Below are positions 9,537-18,039 of a stretch of DNA of 36,370 nucleotides, piece by piece. The position numbers and the translations under genes are program-made. Below the pieces are notes generated by a model. That model searched no databases. It was not told the origin of the DNA and worked only from the letters and a program-made list of their open reading frames with translations. The DNA lies in NCBI GenBank assembly GCA_017445365.1, contig JAFSUH010000183.1:1-36370 (forward strand), in the 5' to 3' direction. Each line of letters starts with the position of its first letter. The first letter of the stretch is position 1. This DNA comes from Kiritimatiellia bacterium. GTDB lineage: Bacteria; Verrucomicrobiota; Kiritimatiellia; CAIQIC01; Lenti-01.

Positions 9537-11708
9537 CTACCGCTTCAGCGAAAACAACCAGTATTCCGCGTGTCCCGGCTTCGGATATCCCATCCCGGAG
9601 AGTTTTTCGCGGGAAACCCGTTCCACGCCCGTGATGAAAAACACCTCCACGTCGGCGGTTCTCCTCCCGCGCGGCGGCGCGGCCAACGCCAGGATCCGTT
9701 TCCGCCGGGCGTCCGCCTCCGTCAGGATTCCCTTTCCCTCCGCCTCTTCGCACGGCAGGGGATAGAGCAGGCGCTTTTCCACCCACGCGGTTTTTTCCGA
9801 TTCCGCGCCGTGGCTTGTTCCGTAGAGCGTCAAATCTTCCGCGGCCCCCGCGATGCCGTCGACGAACGCCGACGTTCCCCGTGTCGGGATGGTGCCGTCG
9901 AGGTGGGCGTGCGCGTCCGCCTTCCCGAGGATTCCGCGGATGCACGCTTCCAGCGGCCCGAGATGTCCCGGCAGCAGCGGAACCGCCCCGATGTTTTCCC
10001 GCCGGATCGATTCCGCGTAATCCCCGCAGAGATGCGGCTCCGGCCTGCCCGGATAGAGCACGTAGGCCCCGATGGTTTCGCGTTTCAGTTCCGTCTTCCC
10101 GAGCCGGTAGAGGATGGCGTCCCGGTAGCGGTGCATGTCGTCGATGGCCGCGCGCGGCGAAGCGTCGATTTCCCTCCCGCCTTCCGTCTTCGTCGCGATG
10201 CGGTATTTCGCGTCGAAGAGGTAGGTGAACGTCGATTCCCCGTCGACAATCGACAGCACGATGTCCGGCCGCTGCGGGTTGAGTCCCGCCATCGTCCCGC
10301 CGTCGGCGCACTCCTCCGCCGGGTACGTCTTCTGGTAGGAAAGCAGGCACCGCCGCGACCCGTCCGAAAACGCCACGTCGATCTTGCAGAGCTGGCCGCC
10401 GTCCCCGCTTTCGTCCGTCAGCTCCGGCGCGTCCAGGAGTTCGTCGGGCGAACGGTCCCGCCACTCCTGGCTTTCCGGTTCGCCGAAATGCGCCTTCAGG
10501 ACGTCCCGCATCTTGAGGAAGCACCAGAATTCGTAGAGCGTGCTGATCGGCCGGTATCCGACGTCGATGTCGTCGCCTCCCGGACGGAGCGCCGACTTCA
10601 GTTTCAGCCATGCCGTGAGGATTTGCGCGTATCCCGTGCTTTTCTGCATCACGAGGCTCTGCTGGCGGAACCCCTCGAACCGCGACACGCCCCGGAAGAA
10701 CGGATGCCGCGCCAGCCGTTCCAGCCGCCGCGCCCGTTCGGCGATGCCGTCCTTCCAGCCCTGCGAGACGGCCTCCTCGTCCTCCAGCCGCCCGCCGAAC
10801 TCCCGGAGGCGCCGTTCCAGTTCCCGCAGCGTATGGAGCACGAAGCGGTTTTCCGGCGTGTCGCTCTCCGCTTCCAGCCGTTCCGTACGGAAGAACTCGT
10901 GCGCGCGCCGGTCGCCGTCCAGGCGGTGGAAGCAGGCGGCCAGTTGCGGCGTCCAGCGCCGGATGCGGTCGGCGCGCCGCCAGTCGTCCATCGCCAGATA
11001 CCGCCGGTGGGGATTCCCGGCGATGCGGCGGCAGGCGCCCTCGTAGTAGTCGAACACCTCCAGCAGGATGTCGTACCAGCTTTTCCCGTCCGGTTCGCCG
11101 CCCCGGTCGAGGGCCGCCCCCCAAAACGTCTTGCTGAGGAACGCCCGCACGATGTTCGGCTTTTCCGCGTCGATAGTCCGGACGATTTCCCCGTAGTCGC
11201 GCACCACGTTCATTTTCACGGAAACCACCGTGGATTCCAGCCGCACCGTCCGCTCCGTGCCGTCGTCGAAGGAAACGCGCAGGTCGAGCCGGAACCGCCC
11301 CGGCTCGTTGACGAAGTCCAGCGTCCCGACGAGGACCCCGCCGTCGAAGTTGAAGGCGTCCGCCACGCTGGCCATCCGGTGTTCCACGCGCACGTCCCGC
11401 ACTTTCCGTCCCCCCGCCTCCCCGAAGTCCCCCCGGAAGAAGTAGCGCGTCTCGAAAAACACGGGCAAGGCCTTCACGGGTTCGCCGCCCGCGGCGAATG
11501 CCCGTTCCGGGCCGTCCCCCGCGAAGCGGAACGTGCAGTCGGCGTTCGCGGAATACTCCGTCAAAAGCTTCGACTGGTCCTCCGGGAAATCCTCCAGGAT
11601 GCGCTTCCGGTAGGCCTCCTGTTTGCCGCCGATGTCGCCCCGCACCTTGAGAACGAGCCCGACGGACGGCACCGCCGCCCGGAACACCTCTGTCGCACCC
11701 TGCGCCAT
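9537..11708 (-). CDS. DUF2357 + PD-(D/E)XK nuclease (McrC-like restriction subunit)
   Basis: GTLDFVNEPG, DTPENRFV, LVMQKSTGYAQI and ISTLYEFWCF (DUF2357), then QRPDIVL...LFDAKYR and DDMHRYRDAI (nuclease). Lies downstream of an McrB-like gene. Confidence 0.85.
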   Translation of the reverse strand: MAQGATEVFRAAVPSVGLVLKVRGDIGGKQEAYRKRILEDFPEDQSKLLTEYSANADCTFRFAGDGPERAFAAGGEPVKALPVFFETRYFFRGDFGEAGGRKVRDVRVEHRMASVADAFNFDGGVLVGTLDFVNEPGRFRLDLRVSFDDGTERTVRLESTVVSVKMNVVRDYGEIVRTIDAEKPNIVRAFLSKTFWGAALDRGGEPDGKSWYDILLEVFDYYEGACRRIAGNPHRRYLAMDDWRRADRIRRWTPQLAACFHRLDGDRRAHEFFRTERLEAESDTPENRFVLHTLRELERRLREFGGRLEDEEAVSQGWKDGIAERARRLERLARHPFFRGVSRFEGFRQQSLVMQKSTGYAQILTAWLKLKSALRPGGDDIDVGYRPISTLYEFWCFLKMRDVLKAHFGEPESQEWRDRSPDELLDAPELTDESGDGGQLCKIDVAFSDGSRRCLLSYQKTYPAEECADGGTMAGLNPQRPDIVLSIVDGESTFTYLFDAKYRIATKTEGGREIDASPRAAIDDMHRYRDAILYRLGKTELKRETIGAYVLYPGRPEPHLCGDYAESIRRENIGAVPLLPGHLGPLEACIRGILGKADAHAHLDGTIPTRGTSAFVDGIAGAAEDLTLYGTSHGAESEKTAWVEKRLLYPLPCEEAEGKGILTEADARRKRILALAAPPRGRRTADVEVFFITGVERVSREKLSGMGYPKPGHAEYWLFSLKR

Positions 11709-11711
11709 GAC

Positions 11712-13244
11712 TCAAGTCTTCACGAACCACCCGCCCGTCCGCTTGGAACCGCGATATTCAATTTTGTTATGAGAGGCCAAACGGCCTAAAACGCGGCGGA
11801 TAGAGCGGGTGGAGGTCTTGATTTCGAGAAAAATAGCTTCCAGTTTTATTCCGGGGTGATTGTGAATCACTTCCAAAACGGCCTGATCTTGAGCATCTGT
11901 ATCGTATGGCTTCACTTGGTTTATCTGGCCACTCTTAGCCTTTATTGGGCCACTTTCCGGATTTATCTGGCCACTTTCCGCGTTTATTTGGCCACTCTCG
12001 GAGTTTATCTGGCCACATTTTGCTTTATCGTGCCACTTTGTCTGGCCACTTTCGCCCTGCGCCATGACGGTGACACGAAACTCCGTCCGCTTGTTGACGT
12101 CGAACTGCGCGGGAGGATTGCCGTTTTTCTGCAACTCCCGGTTGGCCTTGGCGATTCCGCGGTTGTATTTGTTCACCATGCCCAGAACCTTCATCGCCTC
12201 GGCCAGAAGCGGATTCCGATAATCGTTGACGAAAGGGAAATTCTCCGGCTTGGCCCGCCCGTAAAGTCCGCCGGCGTTGGAAATCTCGATCCGGTTCTTC
12301 TCGTATTCGTAGAACTTGACGGGAGCGTTCCCCAGAAAATAGTCCCGGTGGATGATGGCGTTCATCAAAAACTCGCGCAACGCCCAGGCGGAATACCGGG
12401 AAACGGGGTCTTCCCTCATGGCGGTGGCCAGAACGGGACGCGTCGCCGCCGGCCCCGTCTTGACGAACACGTCCAGTTCCTGAACCATTCTCACCAGCGG
12501 CCCGCGGAAAACGTTTTCCTGAAGCACGTCTCCGGCATTGTCCGCCCCGGCGAACTTGACGTATTGCACGTAAGCCGACGGGATGAAGCGTTCCGGATGC
12601 TTCGCAAACAAAAGAACACCCAGATTTGTCGGACACCCCTTTTCTGGGCTGTAAAACCTCAAGGCGCTCATCTGCTCGATGGTCGTGCGGTCGTCGTCCT
12701 CGATGACCTGGGCGTCGATGGCTTTGGGCAGATAGAAGGCTTTGAAGAGCGAGATGTCCAAATCGGTCATCTTCGTGCGTTCGCAAGGAAGCTCCTCGTC
12801 CCTTGCTCCGAATCGCGCACGGCGTTCTGTGAGAATGTGGATGTCATCCTCCCGTGCCTTGCACCTCCGCGGTCCCAGTCGAATCCAGACCTCCCCGTTG
12901 TAGCGGATGGGCGGATAGGCCGAAGGAAACACCTTAATGACGATGACATCGCCCTCCTTCAACGAAAACTTCTCCATGGACATCGACGGCGGCGGCAAAA
13001 GGTTGCCGTCCGTCTTCAGCCCGCCCAACGACGCCCACCGCTCGTCGTCGATGCGCCGCCCGGAAATCTTTCCGTCGTCATCGACGCCGAGAAGCAGATA
13101 CCCGGCCTCCTCGCTGCCCGAAATGTCGTTGGCGAACGCGCAAATCGCCTGCCCGATTTTGTCCGCCTTGTCGAATGCACGGGTGCGCTCGACGTGTTCG
13201 TCCTCGAACGCCCCGATCAGTTGCCTGAGTTCCTTTTCGTCCAT
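11712..13244 (-). CDS. Schlafen/AlbA_2 domain protein with HATPase_c_4 (RecG-C-like) domain and C-terminal winged HTH
   Basis: EDEHVERT...ICAFAND...GYLLLGVDDDG (AlbA_2); ALREFLMNAIIHRDY, IEISNAGGL, YRNPLLAEAMKVLGMVNKYNRGI (HATPase_c_4); IEYRGSKRTGGW (wHTH end). Confidence 0.85.
   Translation of the reverse strand: MDEKELRQLIGAFEDEHVERTRAFDKADKIGQAICAFANDISGSEEAGYLLLGVDDDGKISGRRIDDERWASLGGLKTDGNLLPPPSMSMEKFSLKEGDVIVIKVFPSAYPPIRYNGEVWIRLGPRRCKAREDDIHILTERRARFGARDEELPCERTKMTDLDISLFKAFYLPKAIDAQVIEDDDRTTIEQMSALRFYSPEKGCPTNLGVLLFAKHPERFIPSAYVQYVKFAGADNAGDVLQENVFRGPLVRMVQELDVFVKTGPAATRPVLATAMREDPVSRYSAWALREFLMNAIIHRDYFLGNAPVKFYEYEKNRIEISNAGGLYGRAKPENFPFVNDYRNPLLAEAMKVLGMVNKYNRGIAKANRELQKNGNPPAQFDVNKRTEFRVTVMAQGESGQTKWHDKAKCGQINSESGQINAESGQINPESGPIKAKSGQINQVKPYDTDAQDQAVLEVIHNHPGIKLEAIFLEIKTSTRSIRRVLGRLASHNKIEYRGSKRTGGWFVKT
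11920..12053. repeat. In-frame 21-nt tandem repeat (ESGQINx) in the AlbA_2 protein linker
   Basis: Units with a TTTATCTGGCCAC-like core start at 11920, 11941, 11962, 11983 and 12004, with degenerate units beyond. Confidence 0.85.
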
Positions 13245-13259
13245 ACCCGTTCCCTTTCC

Positions 13260-14816
13260 TTACGGCCAAAACGTCAGATATTCGTCCGGGCGGGCGAGAA
13301 TCGCCTCCATCATCTTCGCGCTCATGCCCTCCGCCGGAACCTTGTCCTTGAGGCCCGGCAGGTTCTTTTCCCCGCCTTCGCCCTTGACCTTGTGCCCGTT
13401 GAAGAGGACATCGACGATTCTCCGCTCCCCGTGGATGCGGGGCAGGAGCTTCATCAGCACCACGTGGTCGAGCGCCTTGGCCGCGAATGCCTTTTTCGCC
13501 GCGTCCCCGGCCGCCGCCGTGTCGAATCCCTCCAGCTTCGCCAGCGCCGCTTCGTAGAGCGCGTATTCGTTCGCGAACCGGTAGGCCACGACGAAGGCCG
13601 TGTTCGCCAGCGGCTCGTTGATGCCGTCCAGGAGGGCGCTTTCGATTCCGCCCACCGCGCCGCGCACGCCGCCGTCGAGGAAGAAGCGGATGCCGTCGTC
13701 GTCGAGCAGTTCCTCTTCGGACGGCTTCCGGACGTTTGCCATGCCGCCGAAATCCGCTTCGGTCATGAGCAGCGTCATCGCCCGGTCGAGGACCTTGCGG
13801 GAGAACTGGCACGTCGTCTCGTCCATGTTGACGGTGCCGACCACGAACAGGTTCTTCGGGATGGTCAGCCCGTGCGCGGCGATCCATTCCGCCGCCTCGA
13901 CGGATTCGGCCCCTTTCATGACCTGCCCGAGGAACTCCGGGTCCGCTTCTTCCCCAGACCGCTCCGTTTCCACCAGCGGGTCGGTGAGCCAGACGCCGTT
14001 TTTCTCCTCCATGCTCTCGATGGCGCTCAGGTATTCGGCGAAATATTGCTCCACCGGTGCCAGGTTCATCTCGTCGAGGCAGACGAAGAACGGCGTCCCG
14101 GGATGGGCATGGGCCTTGCAGAGGAACGAGACGAACGGCGTGTTGACGAAGTGCCGCCCGCCCATTTCGGAGAAATACCCGAGAAGGTCGGACGAATCGT
14201 GCCAGTTGGGCTTCACCTGCACCATGCAGTAGTTGCCCGGGGCCGTCCGCCCCTCTCCTTCCGCCGCCAGCGCCTCGTCGTTGCACGTCATGTAGGCGAG
14301 CCGCCGCACCAAGCGGCTCTTGCCGGTCCCGGAATGCCCCGCGAGGATGGCGAACGGCTTGGTCCTGAGCGCCGCCGCCAGCCGCTGCAGCATCCCGTCG
14401 CCGCCGAACGCATCCGCCAGCGACCGGGCCCCGTGCTTTTGCGCCGCCTGTGCATCGACCCGTTTCCATTGCTTTTTCATGATTTCCTCCCGGGTTGCTT
14501 TGTCTCCTACATCCGCATGGACAACGGGAATCTGTCCCAAAACCATCTTTGCCATTTTTGCCAGAGTCCCCGCATAACCGTATTCAAATCGGTCAATCTC
14601 CGTTTTTCCGACGAGTTTTTCTCTCGCGGTTTGAGACGGCATGTCGGGAGATTCCCTGTATGCCTCCACCCATTCAGCGAGCAAAGCCTTGGAAATCGTG
14701 CGGACGCCAACCGCACCGTTCGAAACCGACTTTACGCTGTAGCAAAGCCTGTCTTCATCCAAAACAACCAGCGAATCATCCTGGGTTTTGTCGCCAACGC
14801 TCAATTCTTTTTGCAT
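13260..14816 (-). CDS. McrB-like AAA+ NTPase (DUF2357-associated type) with an unassigned N-terminal domain
   Basis: Walker A ILAGHSGTGKS, VQVKPNWHDSSDLLGY, Walker B CLDEMNLAPVEQYFAEYLS, signature GTVNMDETT..FSRKVLDRA, and MKLLPRIHG. Confidence 0.88.
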   Translation of the reverse strand: MQKELSVGDKTQDDSLVVLDEDRLCYSVKSVSNGAVGVRTISKALLAEWVEAYRESPDMPSQTAREKLVGKTEIDRFEYGYAGTLAKMAKMVLGQIPVVHADVGDKATREEIMKKQWKRVDAQAAQKHGARSLADAFGGDGMLQRLAAALRTKPFAILAGHSGTGKSRLVRRLAYMTCNDEALAAEGEGRTAPGNYCMVQVKPNWHDSSDLLGYFSEMGGRHFVNTPFVSFLCKAHAHPGTPFFVCLDEMNLAPVEQYFAEYLSAIESMEEKNGVWLTDPLVETERSGEEADPEFLGQVMKGAESVEAAEWIAAHGLTIPKNLFVVGTVNMDETTCQFSRKVLDRAMTLLMTEADFGGMANVRKPSEEELLDDDGIRFFLDGGVRGAVGGIESALLDGINEPLANTAFVVAYRFANEYALYEAALAKLEGFDTAAAGDAAKKAFAAKALDHVVLMKLLPRIHGERRIVDVLFNGHKVKGEGGEKNLPGLKDKVPAEGMSAKMMEAILARPDEYLTFWP

Positions 14817-14889
14817 TCAAGGCCCTCAGGTTGTTTTTGACACAAACGACATTCTCAACCCCAAAAACACCTCTCCCCCAGCCTGAATA

Positions 14890-15438
14890 TCACTTCCGCA
14901 ACTTTTTCGCAGTATGGACAGAAGCCGCAAGCAACTTGGCAATCTCTTTCCTCCACCAGTCAATCCCCCGTTGCAACCACTCTCGGCAATCGTCACATCC
15001 CCACTTTTCGGTATCGGCCATGGGCAAATAGGTGTTTTCCCAGTTGACAGCATGTTCTTGATCGACCATCACCCACATTTCATCGACATAGGAAGGTCTC
15101 ACCTCGTAAAAACAGGCATCATTCTGCTCTCCATGTATGAACCTGTGATAAACTAAGTAATCGTCACTATCGCATTCATCGTAACTTGTCTGCTCGCTAT
15201 ATTGCTGCTTTAGGGTGGCAAGCTCGGCACGGCGCTTTGTCCAAAGCGGATTGATGGCAGGATATTGTTGGATATCGTATTTCAACAGCACATCTTCGAC
15301 ACTGCGCAACGCAAGCAGACAAAATGTCCAATAAATCCTGAATAGTTGTTTGTCTTCGTGCGGCACGTTCTCCAAAAATCCCATAGCCCGCTGACAATCA
15401 TCAAGAACTTGGGTGGCTTTCAATTCTGTTGCAATCAT
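14890..15438 (-). CDS. Hypothetical helical protein, possibly HEPN-like
   Basis: CAGGAG RBS, co-oriented within the cluster, predicted helical. FRIYW..CLLALRSVEDVL...FIHGEQN recalls HEPN-like families but lacks a canonical RxxxxH. Confidence 0.65.
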   Translation of the reverse strand: MIATELKATQVLDDCQRAMGFLENVPHEDKQLFRIYWTFCLLALRSVEDVLLKYDIQQYPAINPLWTKRRAELATLKQQYSEQTSYDECDSDDYLVYHRFIHGEQNDACFYEVRPSYVDEMWVMVDQEHAVNWENTYLPMADTEKWGCDDCREWLQRGIDWWRKEIAKLLAASVHTAKKLRK

Positions 15439-15508
15439 GACATCTCCTGAGTCCTGTGGTCATTTTTCATTGGCAAACTTGATTCAGTAAGCTTCAGATA
15501 AAACTTTG

Positions 15509-16543
15509 TCAGAAAAGTAACTTTAAAATCGCTTCTCCTTGTGCCTTCGCCATCGGAGGAGGAAACGCCTCGCCAATCATGGATGCGACTTTCCCGAAGC
15601 CCAATTCGTGGGGAAACCGATATGTCTTTGGAAAACCTTGGAGTATCAGGGCTTCTAGCATGTTGATGCCCCGATTTTCGGATGGATGGATGAAACGCCC
15701 CTTTGACGGGTTACCGCATCCTCGCGTGATGGTAGGCGCGACATCATCCCATGCCATCCGCCCGTAAACATCCCGGAAGCCTTGTGGATAACGTTTATGG
15801 CATCCCAGCGCCATGGCTTCTGGCAAATCCGACCTGTTCTCCTTGATATGCTCAATGCGGGCCTGCACGACTGATGAAAAATGTTGCCGAAGTCCGGCAA
15901 GATGCCGCGCCGATTCCCATCCCTTGCCTGAAGGAATTTCAATGTTTTTGATGGCATCCGCAACGGTTATCCGCAAAGGACTCTTTTGGGGGAGCACAGG
16001 CCTTTTCTTGAGCCGGCATCCAATCAAAATCATGCGTTTGCGCCGTTGGGGCACATTGAAGTCCTTGGCATCGAGAACTCCATCCACAAACTCATAGCCC
16101 CATCTCTCGGCGAGATGTTGTTTGAAAAGTGCCAATCGACTGTCCTTCAACAATCGGGGGACGTTCTCGATCAAGATGCATTTGGGATGGAACGCCTCGA
16201 CAAACCGCTCCATTTGGAAGATGAGTTCGTTCCTCGGATCGTTCGCAATCTCGCCGTTGTGGGTACGGATGGAAGAAAACCCCTGGCACGGGGGACATCC
16301 CGCCAGCAAATCCAGCCGACCGCGACGCAGACCGAGTTTTTTCTTCACCTCCAAGGGATTGACCTTGCGAATGTCATCCAAAAGAAGCGTATTGGGATGA
16401 TTCAACTTGTAGGTATCCCGGGCCTCCTGCCGGATTTCGCAACACGCCAAAACCTTGAACCCTGCATCCTCGAGCCCCTGACTCAATCCGCCGCAACCGG
16501 AGAATAAATCAATGGCCAAATGCCGCTTACTTTTATTCTTCAT
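15509..16543 (-). CDS. DNA (cytosine-5)-methyltransferase
   Basis: Motif I DLFSGCGG, IV GCPPCQGFS, VI ENV, VIII VPQRRKR, IX-X EALILQGFP...IGEAFPP. Start taken at ATG 16543, which overlaps the end of the REC gene. Confidence 0.93.
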   Translation of the reverse strand: MKNKSKRHLAIDLFSGCGGLSQGLEDAGFKVLACCEIRQEARDTYKLNHPNTLLLDDIRKVNPLEVKKKLGLRRGRLDLLAGCPPCQGFSSIRTHNGEIANDPRNELIFQMERFVEAFHPKCILIENVPRLLKDSRLALFKQHLAERWGYEFVDGVLDAKDFNVPQRRKRMILIGCRLKKRPVLPQKSPLRITVADAIKNIEIPSGKGWESARHLAGLRQHFSSVVQARIEHIKENRSDLPEAMALGCHKRYPQGFRDVYGRMAWDDVAPTITRGCGNPSKGRFIHPSENRGINMLEALILQGFPKTYRFPHELGFGKVASMIGEAFPPPMAKAQGEAILKLLF

Positions 16544-18026
16544 CGGCAGGCTTCTCCCCGCGAAGGTCGCGTGACAGCGAAGGTTGATCGACCCCCACAC
16601 GCCGTATGCGTGACATATAACGACTCACTAGACGATTCAGAATATCTTGGCGGAACACTCCGGCAGGAGTTATTGGCGCCTTTAATTCATCTTTCTGTTT
16701 TGCCACCATGGCAGTTGCCTCATGCCAGAAAACGTACGCTTGTCCTTGAAAGCGCAATGTTGTCTTGCCTCTTGGATCCCTTTTGAGCTGATCATAATCT
16801 GGAAAATTAACACCATTTTCATGGTGCGAAAGCATCTTTTTCCCACGCAAGAACAGGAAAGATTTGGCACGCACGCAATCACAAGCTGCAGAAATGCAAA
16901 CGGCAATGTCGTCGCTGTTGTCAAACATGTTGCGGTACACTTGTCCCGGGCATACTTTTTGATCTTGCAGTTCACAAGCACTTTTCTTTTCGCAGAATTC
17001 TGTATAGGCCTCAATTTCCGAAACAAAACCTGCAACACACGGGATATTCCTTGCCTTTGACAATTGTTTGTACTGATTTGCCGTCAACTTTGACTGAGGC
17101 ACGTCACAAACGCACTTTCGGACCGAATCCAACAGGCCTTTGATACTTGAATCTGTGGTCGACAACAGTTGCTCCAAATTGTCCGTAGCGGCATTTGACG
17201 GCTTCAACATGTCCATGTCCAAGGAATCAAGTGGCAAAGCCAAAACAAGAGAGGCCAAATCTTCTAACAAGTTTGACGTCAAGCATTCCTGGATCTCCTC
17301 ACAACACTTACTCTCAGTATCTGTATCACCCGATTTCCACAAATTGCCGCGTTCCACCAAAATTCCGCTATCCGTTTTTTCTGGAAGCGCAGCAAGCCAC
17401 CGCGGGGCCAGGTCTTTGATCCGCCCTGCAATTTCCAATGCAACCACATGAAGGTAATCCGGACAGACTCCAAGCAAAGCCGCATGTATCCGAGTTATCA
17501 AATTCTCTTCTCTGAATTGGTTCTTTTGCAAGCTCAACAAGAACTGACCTGAATTGTTTTTCCACAGCCCATTTGACGGCTCTTGCTTGAAGGAAGGATC
17601 CAAATTTGCATAGTTATTCTTTGATAGTTCCTTCCTCGACAGGATTACAATAAACCTGAATCCTTTATCGGAACCCAATAGCTCCTTAATGATTTTCTCC
17701 GCGAAATCACTGGAATCCGTAGTTCCCAACATCCAATCGATAATAACGACATCAGCTTGTCGGGCGAGTTGGCAACATGAACGAATTGCTCCGTCGATCT
17801 CTGGCCGATCTGCATACGGATCGGCGACAGGCCTTGCTTCGGGGAACCCCATCATGTGGCATAGCAAGCCGGCCTTGGTGAATTCATTGAACTTGTCTTG
17901 GAAAATAGGGTTTGTCCCTTCTTCAGAAAGACCTTTGTCCAAATGGATTTCATCGTCGATCCACAAAACGGACTGGCAATATTGCCGTATGATTCGTTCT
18001 CGGATTGCTTGTGCTTTTTCGTCCAT
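16533..18026 (-). CDS. Response-regulator receiver domain protein with a long non-HTH C-terminal region
   Basis: SVLWIDDE acidic pocket, VVIIDWMLG phospho-acceptor Asp, IVILS. C-terminal CISAACDCVR. Starts 13 nt after the kinase gene. Confidence 0.8.
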   Translation of the reverse strand: MDEKAQAIRERIIRQYCQSVLWIDDEIHLDKGLSEEGTNPIFQDKFNEFTKAGLLCHMMGFPEARPVADPYADRPEIDGAIRSCCQLARQADVVIIDWMLGTTDSSDFAEKIIKELLGSDKGFRFIVILSRKELSKNNYANLDPSFKQEPSNGLWKNNSGQFLLSLQKNQFREENLITRIHAALLGVCPDYLHVVALEIAGRIKDLAPRWLAALPEKTDSGILVERGNLWKSGDTDTESKCCEEIQECLTSNLLEDLASLVLALPLDSLDMDMLKPSNAATDNLEQLLSTTDSSIKGLLDSVRKCVCDVPQSKLTANQYKQLSKARNIPCVAGFVSEIEAYTEFCEKKSACELQDQKVCPGQVYRNMFDNSDDIAVCISAACDCVRAKSFLFLRGKKMLSHHENGVNFPDYDQLKRDPRGKTTLRFQGQAYVFWHEATAMVAKQKDELKAPITPAGVFRQDILNRLVSRYMSRIRRVGVDQPSLSRDLRGEKPADEE

Positions 18027-18039
18027 TTTTCACCCAGCT

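Noticed and set aside
15783-15791. Perfect DnaA-box sequence (TTATCCACA on the minus strand)
   Set aside because: A single copy inside the methylase coding sequence, with no cluster or origin context.
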